Shown here piece by piece: positions 1 to 11,657 of a stretch of 64,000 nucleotides of DNA. Source of the DNA: Geosiphon pyriformis uo1 (taxonomy: Eukaryota; Fungi; Glomeromycota); the NCBI GenBank assembly GCA_016748015.1, contig JAAOMT010000664.1, positions 566,715 to 630,714 on the forward strand, in the 5' to 3' direction. How positions within the stretch are numbered: position 1 is the first letter of the stretch; every line of letters begins with the position of its first letter. Below the pieces are notes generated by a model, which was not told the origin of the DNA, made no database searches, and saw only the letters and a list, made by a program, of their open reading frames with translations. A program made the translations under genes and the position numbers.

Positions 1-1656
1 GAAACTGGTTTAGTCAACTTATACATATCAGCAAAGAACCACAGTTACATCAAAATCTCCATTTACAACAACACAGAAGATATCATTGAGATACTGGCAG
101 GAACCACCATCAGATACTTGACCACAGAAATTAAAAACCAACTTCTAGACACCATTCCAGACTTTCCACAACTGTGCAAATATGTAGACATTATATTACA
201 AACAATATACAGACAAGAAAAATGTTATCTGCTTCAACCAGAACAGTTGGAACAGATAAACATGGAAAACTTGGACCCACTTCAACATATGCAGCTCAAA
301 ATATTGTTCAACAACTTTAATGACATCTTTGCCAGCAAAAATGAATTTGGTAGAATTAACATTATTTAACACCAAATCAAAACTGAAGATGCAATGTCAA
401 TCAAACAAAAAGCATACAGAGTGTTATCAGCTAGCCATAAGATCATTCATCAGGAAATCAATCAGATGCTTGACAATAGGCTAATTCAGCCATCAATGAA
501 TCCATGGTCATTACCAGTAGTACTAGTCCATAAGAAGAATGAGAAAATCCACTTTTGTGTAGATTACCAGAAACTGAATGGAATAACAAAAAGAAACAGC
601 TACCCAACTCCAAAGATCCAAGAACTTTTTGATGTTTTTGGAGAAAAGAAATGGTTTTCAACATTAGACTTAAACAGTGATTACTGACAAGTAGCCATGA
701 AACCAGAAAACAAAAAGAAAACGGCTTTCACAACTCAAGAAGGAAACTTTGAATTTGAAGTAATACTATTTGGCTTGATGAATGCTTCAGCCACTTTCCA
801 GTGACTTATGGAAATTGTTTATACTGGGCTACTATGGAAATCAGTAATCGTATACTTAGATAACACCAATGTGTTTTCAAAAATATTTAATGATCATCTG
901 CATTATCTCTAACAAGTGTTTGAAAGATTAAGAAGAGCCAGACTAAAGCTAAATGTGACCAAATGTTTCTTTGAAAAAACTGAACTTAAGTTTTTGGAGC
1001 ATGTTGTGAACAAAGATGGAATCAAAACAGATCCAGACAAGATTAAGATTGTCAAAAACTTTCCAGTACCAAATAATCTCACAGAATTGAGAGCATTCTT
1101 GGGATTTGCTAGATACTACTACTATTTCATCAAAGACTTTTCCAAAATAGCTCAACCACTATACTAACTTCAAACAAAGAATACCAAATATAAATGGACA
1201 GAAATCCAGCAAGAAGCTTTTAATATATTAAGAAGAAAGCTTATTCAAGTCCCAATATTGATCTATTCGAATTATAGCAAGCCATTCATAATTACAACTG
1301 ATGTATCTGGTCAAGCATTGGGAACAGTATTATCTTAAAAAGAACCCAATGGACAAGAACACTTAGTAGCTTATATCAGTAGAAGCTTAAATCCAGCTGA
1401 AAAAAACTATGAAACTCCAGCACTGGAACACTTAGCCATCTATTGGACTGTTATTAAGTGGAAAGAATACTTGAGTCAAAAGTTTGAGGTGTACACTAAT
1501 CACAAGGAATTGATTTCAATTCAGAAGCAAGAATTTAGAGACAACTGCCATGCTAGATGGAAAATAGAACTCTTACTATTCAATTATACAGTACATTATA
1601 AAAAAGGAAAAGACAATGGAAATGCTGATGGTTTGTTGTGAATGAGACAAATCTAA
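1..1656 (+). pseudogene. pol: Element A pol: reverse transcriptase and RNase H, with multiple nonsense codons
   Basis: Motifs PWSLPVVLV, FCVDYQKLN, FSTLDLNS, YLDN (from YLDD), TDVSGQALG; ends at NADGL...MRQI-TAA (1654-1656). Confidence 0.93.
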
Positions 1657-2449
1657 AAACATTTCAACCCAAAAATATAACAAAAGATGAATATACAAAA
1701 ATACCAACAACTACAACATTATATAAATACCCAATTGTTCAAGGAGAAATTATCTCAAAAGGAACAAAGAAACATAAAACAACAATCAAAATATTTTATC
1801 AACCATCAAAATATATTTTACCGGAAAAACAGAAGAAATCCAGATCAACCAACCAGAGTAATCACAGAACCAGAAAAAAAACAATATTATTCAACATGCA
1901 CTCAGATCCAACAGCAGAACATTTTCATAAAGAAGCAACTATGGAAAGAACCAGAAAAAAATACTATTGGCCATTAATATATCCAAACATCATACAATAT
2001 GTTCAAAATTGTGATGCTTGTCAGAAAAAAGAAGGAACAAGACCCAGTGAACTATTAAAACCAATTAAAGTAAGACAACTATTTGATCATATTAGGATTG
2101 ACTTAGTCAGACCATTAACAATTACCAGTAGAGACAACAGATATATTGCAGTAGCTATGGACTATCTTACCAAATGGCCAGAAGCAAAAGCCATTCAAAG
2201 AGCAGATGCAGAATTCATTGCCAAATTTGTTCATCAAGATTTGATTTGTTAACATGAATGTCCAAAAGAACTACTATCAGATTAAAGAACTCATTTTGTT
2301 AACAGAATATTGACAGAATTAAGTCAAAGATTTGGAATAAAAAGACCATTATTATCACTATACCATCCACAAACAAATGGGCTAGTCAAAAGATTTAATA
2401 AAACATTGTGTGAAGCCATTGCCAAAATCAGCCAAGAAAACCAGAACAA

Positions 2450-3305
2450 TGTTACTCATAAAAAGAAAACAGATATAGAAAAATAGTAGACCAATAAAAG
2501 AGTAGTAGTTAGCACATGAGCACATTGCTCAGCAATATAAAGCAATGTCAGAAATTATGGCATATTGCTCAGCAATATGGAGCAATGTCAGAAAATATGG
2601 CACATTGTTCAGCAATGTGAGCATTGCTTGAGAATGTGAGTGATCTTGTAGAACCCAAATTATGTATATATAGTGGTAGCATTAGAAGTAGAAAAGACAG
2701 ACCTTCCAGTTTAGAGTTCATCTAAGCAACTTTCCAAATTGACAAATATCAATAAATAATTATTCACTATTTCAATCCACTCTTCACTATTAACATTTTA
2801 TGTTGATAGTAATTGATACTTAACCACACTGGAACAATAGCTCTTGATCATGGCTATTGATGAGATACTAACTTGCAATTGCTTTTGTTCATTTTTTTTA
2901 TTATCTTTTATTTTTTTTATTTTCTTTTTGTTATTTTTTTTGGAGTTACTAATTGATTGAAGATTAAGTGCTAAGATATTGACATCAAAAATAGCCTAGT
3001 AAAAGACCCAGAAATAAGAGTAGAAAAAGAACATATATATATTAACAGATAGCCTACCAGAAAGGCATCTCTGCCAGATTACCGGCCACTATGCTGAGAA
3101 AAAAATTTGACAGAATTGCAATTCTGGGAGGCTACAGAAAAGACAATAATTGAATCTCTGTTCATTATACAAAAGACTCAATGCTAAAACCTTCAGATAC
3201 AACCAATGTACCAGTATTATCAGTATTACCAGTATTATCAAGACATTGAGCACCAAGTTATGGATTTGTTATTTGATTTGAGACTTCAAATAATCATCTG
3301 TAACA
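2450..3305 (+). repeat. 5' LTR of element B
   Basis: TGTTAC...GTAACA; direct repeat of 11658-12515; ~38-bp U3 repeats containing the palindrome CATTGCTCAGCAATG; TATA at ~2663. Confidence 0.95.
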
Positions 3306-3307
3306 TT

Positions 3308-3324
3308 TGGTGCTCCTTGTAAGG
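3308..3324 (+). promoter_or_regulatory. Primer-binding site of B (tggtgctccttgtaagg)
   Basis: Starts with TGG 2 nt after the LTR end. The same motif follows the 5' LTRs of C, D, E, F and G. Confidence 0.88.
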
Positions 3325-3367
3325 TATAATTCTACAAAGAACCAGCACCAACAGCAATCATCCAAAA

Positions 3368-6300
3368 GTGGCAGAATTAGAAAACATAGGAGCAAATCAT
3401 TTAGGATTCGCCAAATTCTTGTTCCAACAGTACAGCCAACAATTAGGATTAAACAATAATCACTTTTCAGCAGAATCAGCCTTTAACTTTTATGTTAACA
3501 ATAAAATTACAGACTGCTTAGAAGGAATAGTTAACATTGAATCCGCAAGAGAAAATTTTTATACAGAATTTTTTTAACATACCAGCTTACCAAGAAACTA
3601 TAGTTTTGCACCAATTATCAGGAAAATCAATTAAATTATTGAAAGATATACACAACAACAATTCCTTATCACTTATGCAGACAAAAGCAAAAAAAGACTG
3701 CAAATACCAGCAGTGACACTAAAACAAATACAACCATCTACTTGGAAGAAAACCAGAGTTGAATTACCAACAAACTCATCATATCACTATACATCCAGAA
3801 GCACTATCAACATCTTATCAACAGGCATGTCCACATCACATATGACATCAACATTTGGACAACTACCATTTCAAAGTAAACAGAAGAAAGCAGAATTACT
3901 AGAAACCTATGGCAATTATTTCAAAGGATTTAAATCACGATTGCCAATGCCATCAGAATTCCGATCACTGCCACCTTAACCAGATTTTGGAAACGCAAGT
4001 CCCTGAGAGATAACAGAATCAGAAGAGGAAGAAGAAAAAGAATCTGAAGATCAAAAATTTACTTACCAGAACCCAATTACTGAAAACCTGGAAATTGAAA
4101 CTTCAAATTTTTAAACACAGCACAATCAGGACAATTGAAACCCCAAAACAATTAATCAGCAAAACTTACTTTCAGTAATTGTCATTGATCAACCATCAAT
4201 TGAACTGATTATTGAACTAATTCAACAGCAGCCACTTCAACTGCCTCAACAATCACAACAGCTGCTTTAACTACTGCAACAACAATTCTAACAACCACTA
4301 CAACAACAAATTGTAGCACCAATGGCATATGCTCCTATCACCAAACTTGAAAAATTCACTGGCTAAGAAGATAACACCCAAGTGTGGCTAAATGATGTGG
4401 AAAAAGCCATCACAGCCAATGGATGGAATAACACCAAAGCCATGCAGGCCATTTCCTACTTTCTCCAGGATACCGCTAATTCATGGTATCAAAGCTTGGC
4501 TAATAAATTCCAGGATTTCAATGCATTTAAGCTTGTATTCTTATAATACTTCAACAATAATAATAGTATTAATCAGCTAGCAAACACTTTCACCACCATC
4601 AAGCAAGGAGAAAATAAAGCAGTCACTACTTACCTAGAATGCTTCCATAGGAATCTGCGCCAAATTCAAGCAATCCAGGCTGACTATTTTACAGTGCCAC
4701 AAATTTTAAACCAATTTATCAGAGGCCTGCACAGTAGTATTCTCCAATGCATGTATCCAATATATCTCACAAACCTTCAAGCTGCAATTACAAATGCCAG
4801 AGATTTTGAAGCTACTGAATTAGAAGCCAACCACGCCCAAACAGTAAATCTAATAATGAATAGATCATCTGACTTGGATTCCAAATTAAAGCAGTTCAGC
4901 AAATCAATAAATCAGAAATTAGAGGGATACTTAGCTGACAATTGTGCAATTTATCAACCACCACAATGACACAATAATTCAGGAAACATGAATCATTTTC
5001 AGAATCAATTATGTTCAATATTGACAACTAATTAACAGTGGCAGCAGGAAACGTATGCTTGCCACTATTGTGATAGACAAAGACATTTACAATTTGAATG
5101 CCATAAACAGCTAAATGAACAAAAATCAGGCAATCAGTATTGAAACTCTGATCGCTGACTACAAACTCAGAATTACATCAGTAATCAATCACCAGAACTG
5201 TATCAACCAAATTATTTATCTATGACACAACAGTCAATCTATCAACTACCAATTTATTAGCCAATAATACTTGTCATCTATCAATCACAGCTCCAATCTA
5301 TTTATCAGCCACAGTCTCAGGTAATTTATCAGCCCCAACAAATTCAAACACCACCACAGAACTTACCTCAAAATGGAATCTAAAGGTCGAAATTGACCCA
5401 ACAAAATTGAAGATTGTTGATGGTAGTTTACCAACCAATCTCCAGTTCTTCCATCCAACCAGCAGGATCTCAACAATGAAATTCGGACACCAGATACACC
5501 CAAAACCCGAATTCCTAGAACTATTTAAGTCTTTTGGTAACTCCAGAAGATATTCCATCCAATCATCCAGAACCCAACCAGAAACAGCTACTTACCAACA
5601 ATATCCCATCAGCAACTATCTCCAACAACAAATCCTTAGCAGCTATTTTTCCTTTCAAACTCGAGGAAACCACACCAGTCTCATTATTTAATGGAGCTGC
5701 TCTTAACACCAAACCAATTACTGCCATGTATACTGATGCGAAAGTTGATGGTCATGCCATCAAACTGATTTTAGATAGTAGATCAGCTAGCAGCATCATT
5801 ATCAAGCAACTCATGGATCAATTAAGTTGCCAAGTTAACTACACTACCAGCACCAGAATTATTACAGCCAATGGAGCAATCAAAACCTCTATTGGTGAAA
5901 TTAATGACTTCTCTTTTGAAATCAATGGCATTATCATTTTCATCAAAGTCTTAGTAATGGAAGCAACCCAATACCAAGCATTAATAGGAAATGACTCGTT
6001 ATCTAAAACCAACGTCATATTAGACTGGACAATGCAAAAGCTCCAACTTAGTCAAAACGGTCAACACACATGTGTACCAGTCACATGTGGCCATTTCAAG
6101 ACCACTAACTCAACAACACCACTTATTGAATTCGAGGAAAAAGAGAAGAAACCTATATGAAAAGCTTACCAAGTTTCTTGGACTGACACAAAACACAACA
6201 AGCTGCCACCAGTACCTTCATGAGATGACAACAGAAAAGGAAAGCAGAGAGAAAAACCTACCTGGAAAGCTAACCAAGCCTGAGAAACTGACCATGATTC

Positions 6301-9300
6301 CGAAGAACTGACAACTTGGGAATAGGATGTGAGAGAGAAAAGGAAAGGAAAAACAAAGAAAGAAGAGCCACTACCAACTACCATTTACATTTCTTACACA
6401 TATACATTACTATAACAATCAAGCTATTGTTGACCAAAGCTGATATGCATCAATTACAGCAAGAAATTGTTATCAATAGGTGCATGCTATGGCAATAATG
6501 AAGAATACTAAATGGCAACCAAATTCTACTGCTGCGCATGCATCATAGAATGCTTTGAATAACCAAAACAGCAAGAAAAATGGGATAATAAACCTTGCCT
6601 AGCTTGTGAAGAAACCTTACTTGATGAAGGAATGTGGAATGACATTCTTAGTTGAGAAGAAATGTGCAATGCTTTGTATCAGTACATAATCCTCATCAGC
6701 GACTGGGTTAGGAAAGGGACACCAATAGAAGCCGCCTGGAGAAGAGCCGTACAACAATTAAACAGTTGTCCACATGATGATAATGAGATATGGAGAATGG
6801 CAATTACCAAAATAGAAGAAGCATCATCTGAAAAAATCAAAAAAATCAAGGACAACCCTCCAAAGCCCATAGAACTTGACTGGAACCCAGAACCAGTTAT
6901 AAATTTCTTGGACCCAGAACAATTCTACAAACACTATCAAGAACTAGCACCTACAAAAAAAGAGCAGAAACAATGTTTGGAAGAAATCAACATTTGACTA
7001 TGTGACCACTGTTTGATTCTATGTGATTTTCAATATTGTAATGAGTGTGACCTCATTTACAATCCGCCACCATGCATGATTTACACAATTCCAGAAGAAG
7101 ATGAACCAATCAGCCACTGTGCATTGGAATCAGAATCAACTTTCAACCCCAATTCAAACTCCAACAATGACGATGACAAAAACAATGGTTCCAGTTCTGC
7201 TCAATATGTCAACAAAAATATCAACAATTCAGACTCTGATTCAAACCCCGAAATATACATTGTACTTTCTGATCTCTCCAAGGAGCAGGAACTCAAGTAG
7301 TATAGTGACAATAATGAAGGTATTATGCCAGAACATACACATGATACTGATACAAGGTTTGATCTAAGATATCTGGGAAAAGATCCTATCAAATTGGAAC
7401 CACATTTGCGCACATATATTGATCTTAAGATAGCACTAGAAATTTCAGCAACAACAATGATTCAGTTAGCATCTAGGAGTAGTCTAGCGAAAAAGATAAT
7501 CAACATCAAAGGAGGAATAATAAATGCAGGATACATAGAAAATATCATTGCTATGCTACAAAATAATTCAAAAAAAGCATATATCATAGATCCAAATGAA
7601 AAAATAGCACAAACAATATTCCTACCTTTGGTAAAAATAGTTCAGTTAGTGTTAGTAAGAAACAAGGAAAAATTAAGGATTACTGCTAGAGGAATACAAG
7701 GATTCGGATCTATGGATAGAATAGATGTATCTGTTAATATGGCAGAGAAAGAGGTTATTAACAAAAGAGAAATTATCTCAACCTGTCAATTAATTTCCAT
7801 TCCATTATATGACCAGTATATGTTAGCCATAAAAAGAGAAGTAAAGAATCAAGCTCAGTTATTTGAAGCAGAAGCCACCATTTGTGAATCAAAAGAAATT
7901 GGATTCACTAATCTCTACATATCAGTCAAAAGCCCCAAAAACATCAAAATTCCCATCTACAACACAATAGAAAGTGTCATTGAAATACTCAAGGGAACCA
8001 TAATTGGATATTTAACCACCAAAGTTGAGGATCAACCACCAAACCATATTCCAGATTTTCCACAGCTTTGCAGATATGTGGACATTACATCATAAACTAT
8101 CTATAGACAAAGTGAATGTTATCTGCTCCAACCAGAACAATTGGAACAAATAAACATGAAGAATCTAGACTCACTCCAACAGATACAACTAAGAATATTA
8201 CTCAGCAAGTTTAATGACATCTTTGCTAGTGAAAATGAATTTGGCCACACCAATATTATCTAGCATCAGATCAAGACTGGAAATACAATGCCAATTAAAC
8301 AAAGAGCATACAGAGTACCACCAGCTAGCCATGAAATTATTCATCAAGAAATCAATTGGATGCTTGACAACGGGCTAATTCAGTCATTAATGAGTTCATG
8401 GTTGTCACCAGTGGTACTAGTCCAGAAGAAAAATGGGAAAATCCACTTTTGTGTGGATTACCGGAAACTGAATAAAGTAACCAAAGGAGATAGCTATCCA
8501 ACTCCAAAGATCCAAGAACTATTCGACACTTTTGGAGAAAATAAATGGTTTTCAACATTAGACTTAGATAGTGGTTACTGACAAGTAGCCATGAACTCAG
8601 CCAACAAAGAAAAAACAGCATTTACCACAAAAGAAAAAAATTTTGAGTTTGAAGTCATACTATTTGGCTTGATGAATGCTCCAGCAACATTCCAATGGCT
8701 CATAAAAATTATCTATACTGGATTACTGTAGAAATCAGTAGTTGTTTACTTAGACAACACAAACGTGTTCTCAAAAACATTTGATAATCATCTTCATCAT
8801 CTCCAACAAGTATTTAAAAGACTCAGATGAGCAGGACTGAAACTAAATGCCAACAAATGCTTCTTTGAAAAAACAGAACTAAAATTCTTAGGACATGTTG
8901 TGAGCAAAAATGACATCAAAACAGATCCAGACAAGATTGAAGTTGTTAAAAACTTTCTAATACCAAATAATCTCACAGAATTAAGAGCCTTCTTGGGATT
9001 CACAGAGTCCTATTGCCACTTTATCAAAGACTTTTCTAAATTGGCCCAGCCACTTTATCATTTACAAACCAAGAATGTAAAGTATAAATGGACAAAAGCT
9101 CAACAAAAAGCATTCAACACACTAAGAAGAAAGCTTATTCAAGCTCCAGTGTTGATGTATCCAGATTCCACCAAACCATTTATTATTACTACTGATGCAT
9201 CAGGTCAAGTGTTGGAAGCAGTATTATTGTAAAAAGAACCAGATGAAAGAGAACATCCAGTAGTTTATGTCAGTAAAAGCTTAAATTCAGCTGAAAAGAA

Positions 9301-9550
9301 CTATGATACTCTAGCACTAGAACACTTAGCTATCTATTGAGCTGTTATCAAGTAAAAAAAATACTTGAATCAAAAGTTTGATGTATATACTGATCACAAA
9401 AGATTGACTTCAATCCAGAAACAAGAATTTGGAGACAATTGCCATATCAGATAGAAAATAGAACTTTTATCATTTAATTATATAGTACATTACAAAAAGG
9501 GAAAAAAAAATGGAAATGCTGATGAATTGTCACAAATGAAACAAATCTAA
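3368..9550 (+). pseudogene. Element B single-frame gag-protease-Cys-rich-dUTPase-RT-RNaseH polyprotein, with many nonsense codons
   Basis: ORF fragments at 3368, 3713, 4694, 5534, 6662, 7013, 7325, 8288 and 8900 share one frame. Capsid (WLNDVEKAI), zinc knuckle CHYCDRQRHLQFEC, protease LILDS(G>R)S, and RT/RNase H motifs are present. Confidence 0.92.
7301..7725 (+). pseudogene. dut: dUTPase domain of element B
   Basis: Five trimeric dUTPase motifs: (AG)FDL, RSSLA, GII(D)AGY, KIAQ, RGIQGFGS. Confidence 0.9.
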
Positions 9551-9580
9551 AAACATTTTAACCCAAAAATATAACAAAAC

Positions 9581-10962
9581 ATGAATACACAAAAATACCA
9601 ATAACTCTAACATTATATAAATATCCAATTGTTCAAAAAGAAATTATCCCAAAAAGAACAAAAGAACATAAAACAACAATCAAAATATTTTATCAATTAT
9701 CAAAATATACTGTACCAGAAGAACAGAAAGAATTCAGATCAACCAATCAGAGTAATTACAGAACCAGAGAAAAAGACAATATTATTTAACATGCACTCAG
9801 ATCCAACAGCAGGACATTTTCATAAAAAAGCAACCATAGAAAGAACCAGAAAAAGATACTATTGGCCATCAATGTATTCAGATATCATCCAATATGTTCA
9901 AAATTGTGATGCTTGTCAAAAAAGAGGAGAAACAAAACCCAGTGAACCATTAAGACCAACTAAAGTGGAACAACCATTCCACTGTATCAGAATTGACTTA
10001 GTCAGACCATTAACAATCACCAGCAGAGACAACAGATATATTGCAGTAGCCATAAATTATCTCACAAAATGGCCAAAAGCAAAAGCCATTCAAAGAGCAG
10101 ATGCAGAATCCATTGCCAAATTTGTCCATTAAGATTTGATCTGTTGACATGAATGTCCAAAAAACTACTATCAAATCAAGAAACTCACTTTGTAAATAGA
10201 ACATTAGCAGAATTAAGTCAAAGATTTGGAATAAAAAGACCATTATCATCACCATACCATTTACAAACAAATGGACTAGTCAAAAGATTTAACAGGACAT
10301 TGTGTGAAGGAATCACCAAGATCAGTCAAAAAAACCAGGATGAATAGGATTTGTTCATATCATTAATATTATTTGCTTATCAAACAATGAAGCAAGACAC
10401 TACACAAGCAACACAATTTGAATTAGTATACAGTAGAACAGCAACATTACCAATTGAGATAGAAGTCAATATTTATCCAGTAGAACCAATAACTAAAGAC
10501 AATTTTAAGAAAACATTGCTAAGAAGAACATATGACTTGATGAAAACTCTAGAAAACAAGTGACAAAGAGCAGCTGATAATATCTAAAAGTCACAAGAGA
10601 AACAAAAAAAAAGACATGATAACCAACTACCAGATAAACCAGTTGAATTTAAGATTGAAGACAAAGTACTTTTATATTGTACCAAAGTGGAAAAACAATG
10701 GAGTGGAAAATTCGACTCCAAATGAAACAGACCATTTTACATAGAAAAAATTCTAGGAAATAGAGCTTATAAATTAAGATAGGACAACAAAATTTTAGCC
10801 AAAGCAGCACATAGTGATTGACTGAAACCATATCACCAGATAGTATTATCATTTACCAATAACATTCCACAACTGGAAGTACAAAGAATATTAGTTCAAC
10901 CAGATGAGATTCCATGAGATCTGGAACCAATCATAGTTATTGAACCAAACATGTCAAATTAA
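9581..10962 (+). pseudogene. Element B stand-alone integrase ORF
   Basis: ATG at 9581 follows the RNase H stop at 9548-9550. HHCC, DDE core and GPF module present; one homopolymer frameshift at ~10160. Confidence 0.9.
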
Positions 10963-11018
10963 ACAAACCAAAAGAGTATATAAAGACACAGTATATGTGA
11001 CAAAAGCAACCAAGAAAA

Positions 11019-11643
11019 ATGGAAATACCAGATTATATTTACACCATAGTACAACAATTGTTCTAGGCCTTAAGTCAACAACAGTTAGACATGGAAATTA
11101 TTATTAACAACCAAATAATTTGCTATCAAAACACTTAAAAAAAGACAACAAATACATTATATCAGTGACCATCAAAGAATGATAAAAACTGGACAGATAA
11201 CTTAATAGAAAAAGTGAAGAACACTTTTGGGAAAATACCTATTATGGCACCAACAGAAGAGCTTACAAAAGAAAATTGGAAGCAATGAACAGAACAACTT
11301 CCAATATTATATTACTACTACCAATTAAGTCAAAAGTTGAATATTCAGGAGTTGTATATCGAGAATATTCAACCAAGACATAATACAACAAATTGAAGAA
11401 TTTATCAAAAAGAAAACAAATTCAACACTACATATTAAAACAATGTACTGACTATACAACATATTTTGGAACTATCTAGAAATACTGTTACACTCTGACA
11501 TGGAAACCATAACTATTAACCAATGGGGAAGAATAAACAATACACAAGTAGAAGACGTAAGAAACAGAGTTAAACAAACAATACTTAAAAAAGAAGTATT
11601 AGAATTAATTCAAAATGAAGATTTTGACAGAGCTCAATATTAA
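11019..11643 (+). pseudogene. Element B ORF3, ~200 aa, unknown function
   Basis: Reads MEIPDYIYTIVQQLF...EDFDRAQY*. TATA-like gtatataa at 10976; the stop abuts the PPT. Confidence 0.72.
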
Positions 11644-11657
11644 AAAAGAGGAGATAA

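Noticed and set aside
2510-2640. CRISPR-like palindromic repeats in LTR U3 (also 15530-15650, 41770-41915, 60700-60790)
   Set aside because: Head-to-tail repeats without unique spacers, inside eukaryotic LTRs, with no cas genes.
2855-2880. TTGA(C/T)GAG resembling a hammerhead CUGANGA core
   Set aside because: The first base is T in all copies, and no GAAA/NUH arrangement with stems I-III could be built.
3368-9550. Alternative genetic code or stop readthrough to explain in-frame stops
   Set aside because: Stops fall at different positions in sister copies and derive from CAA/CAG/CGA/TGG by transitions. Host genes use standard stops.
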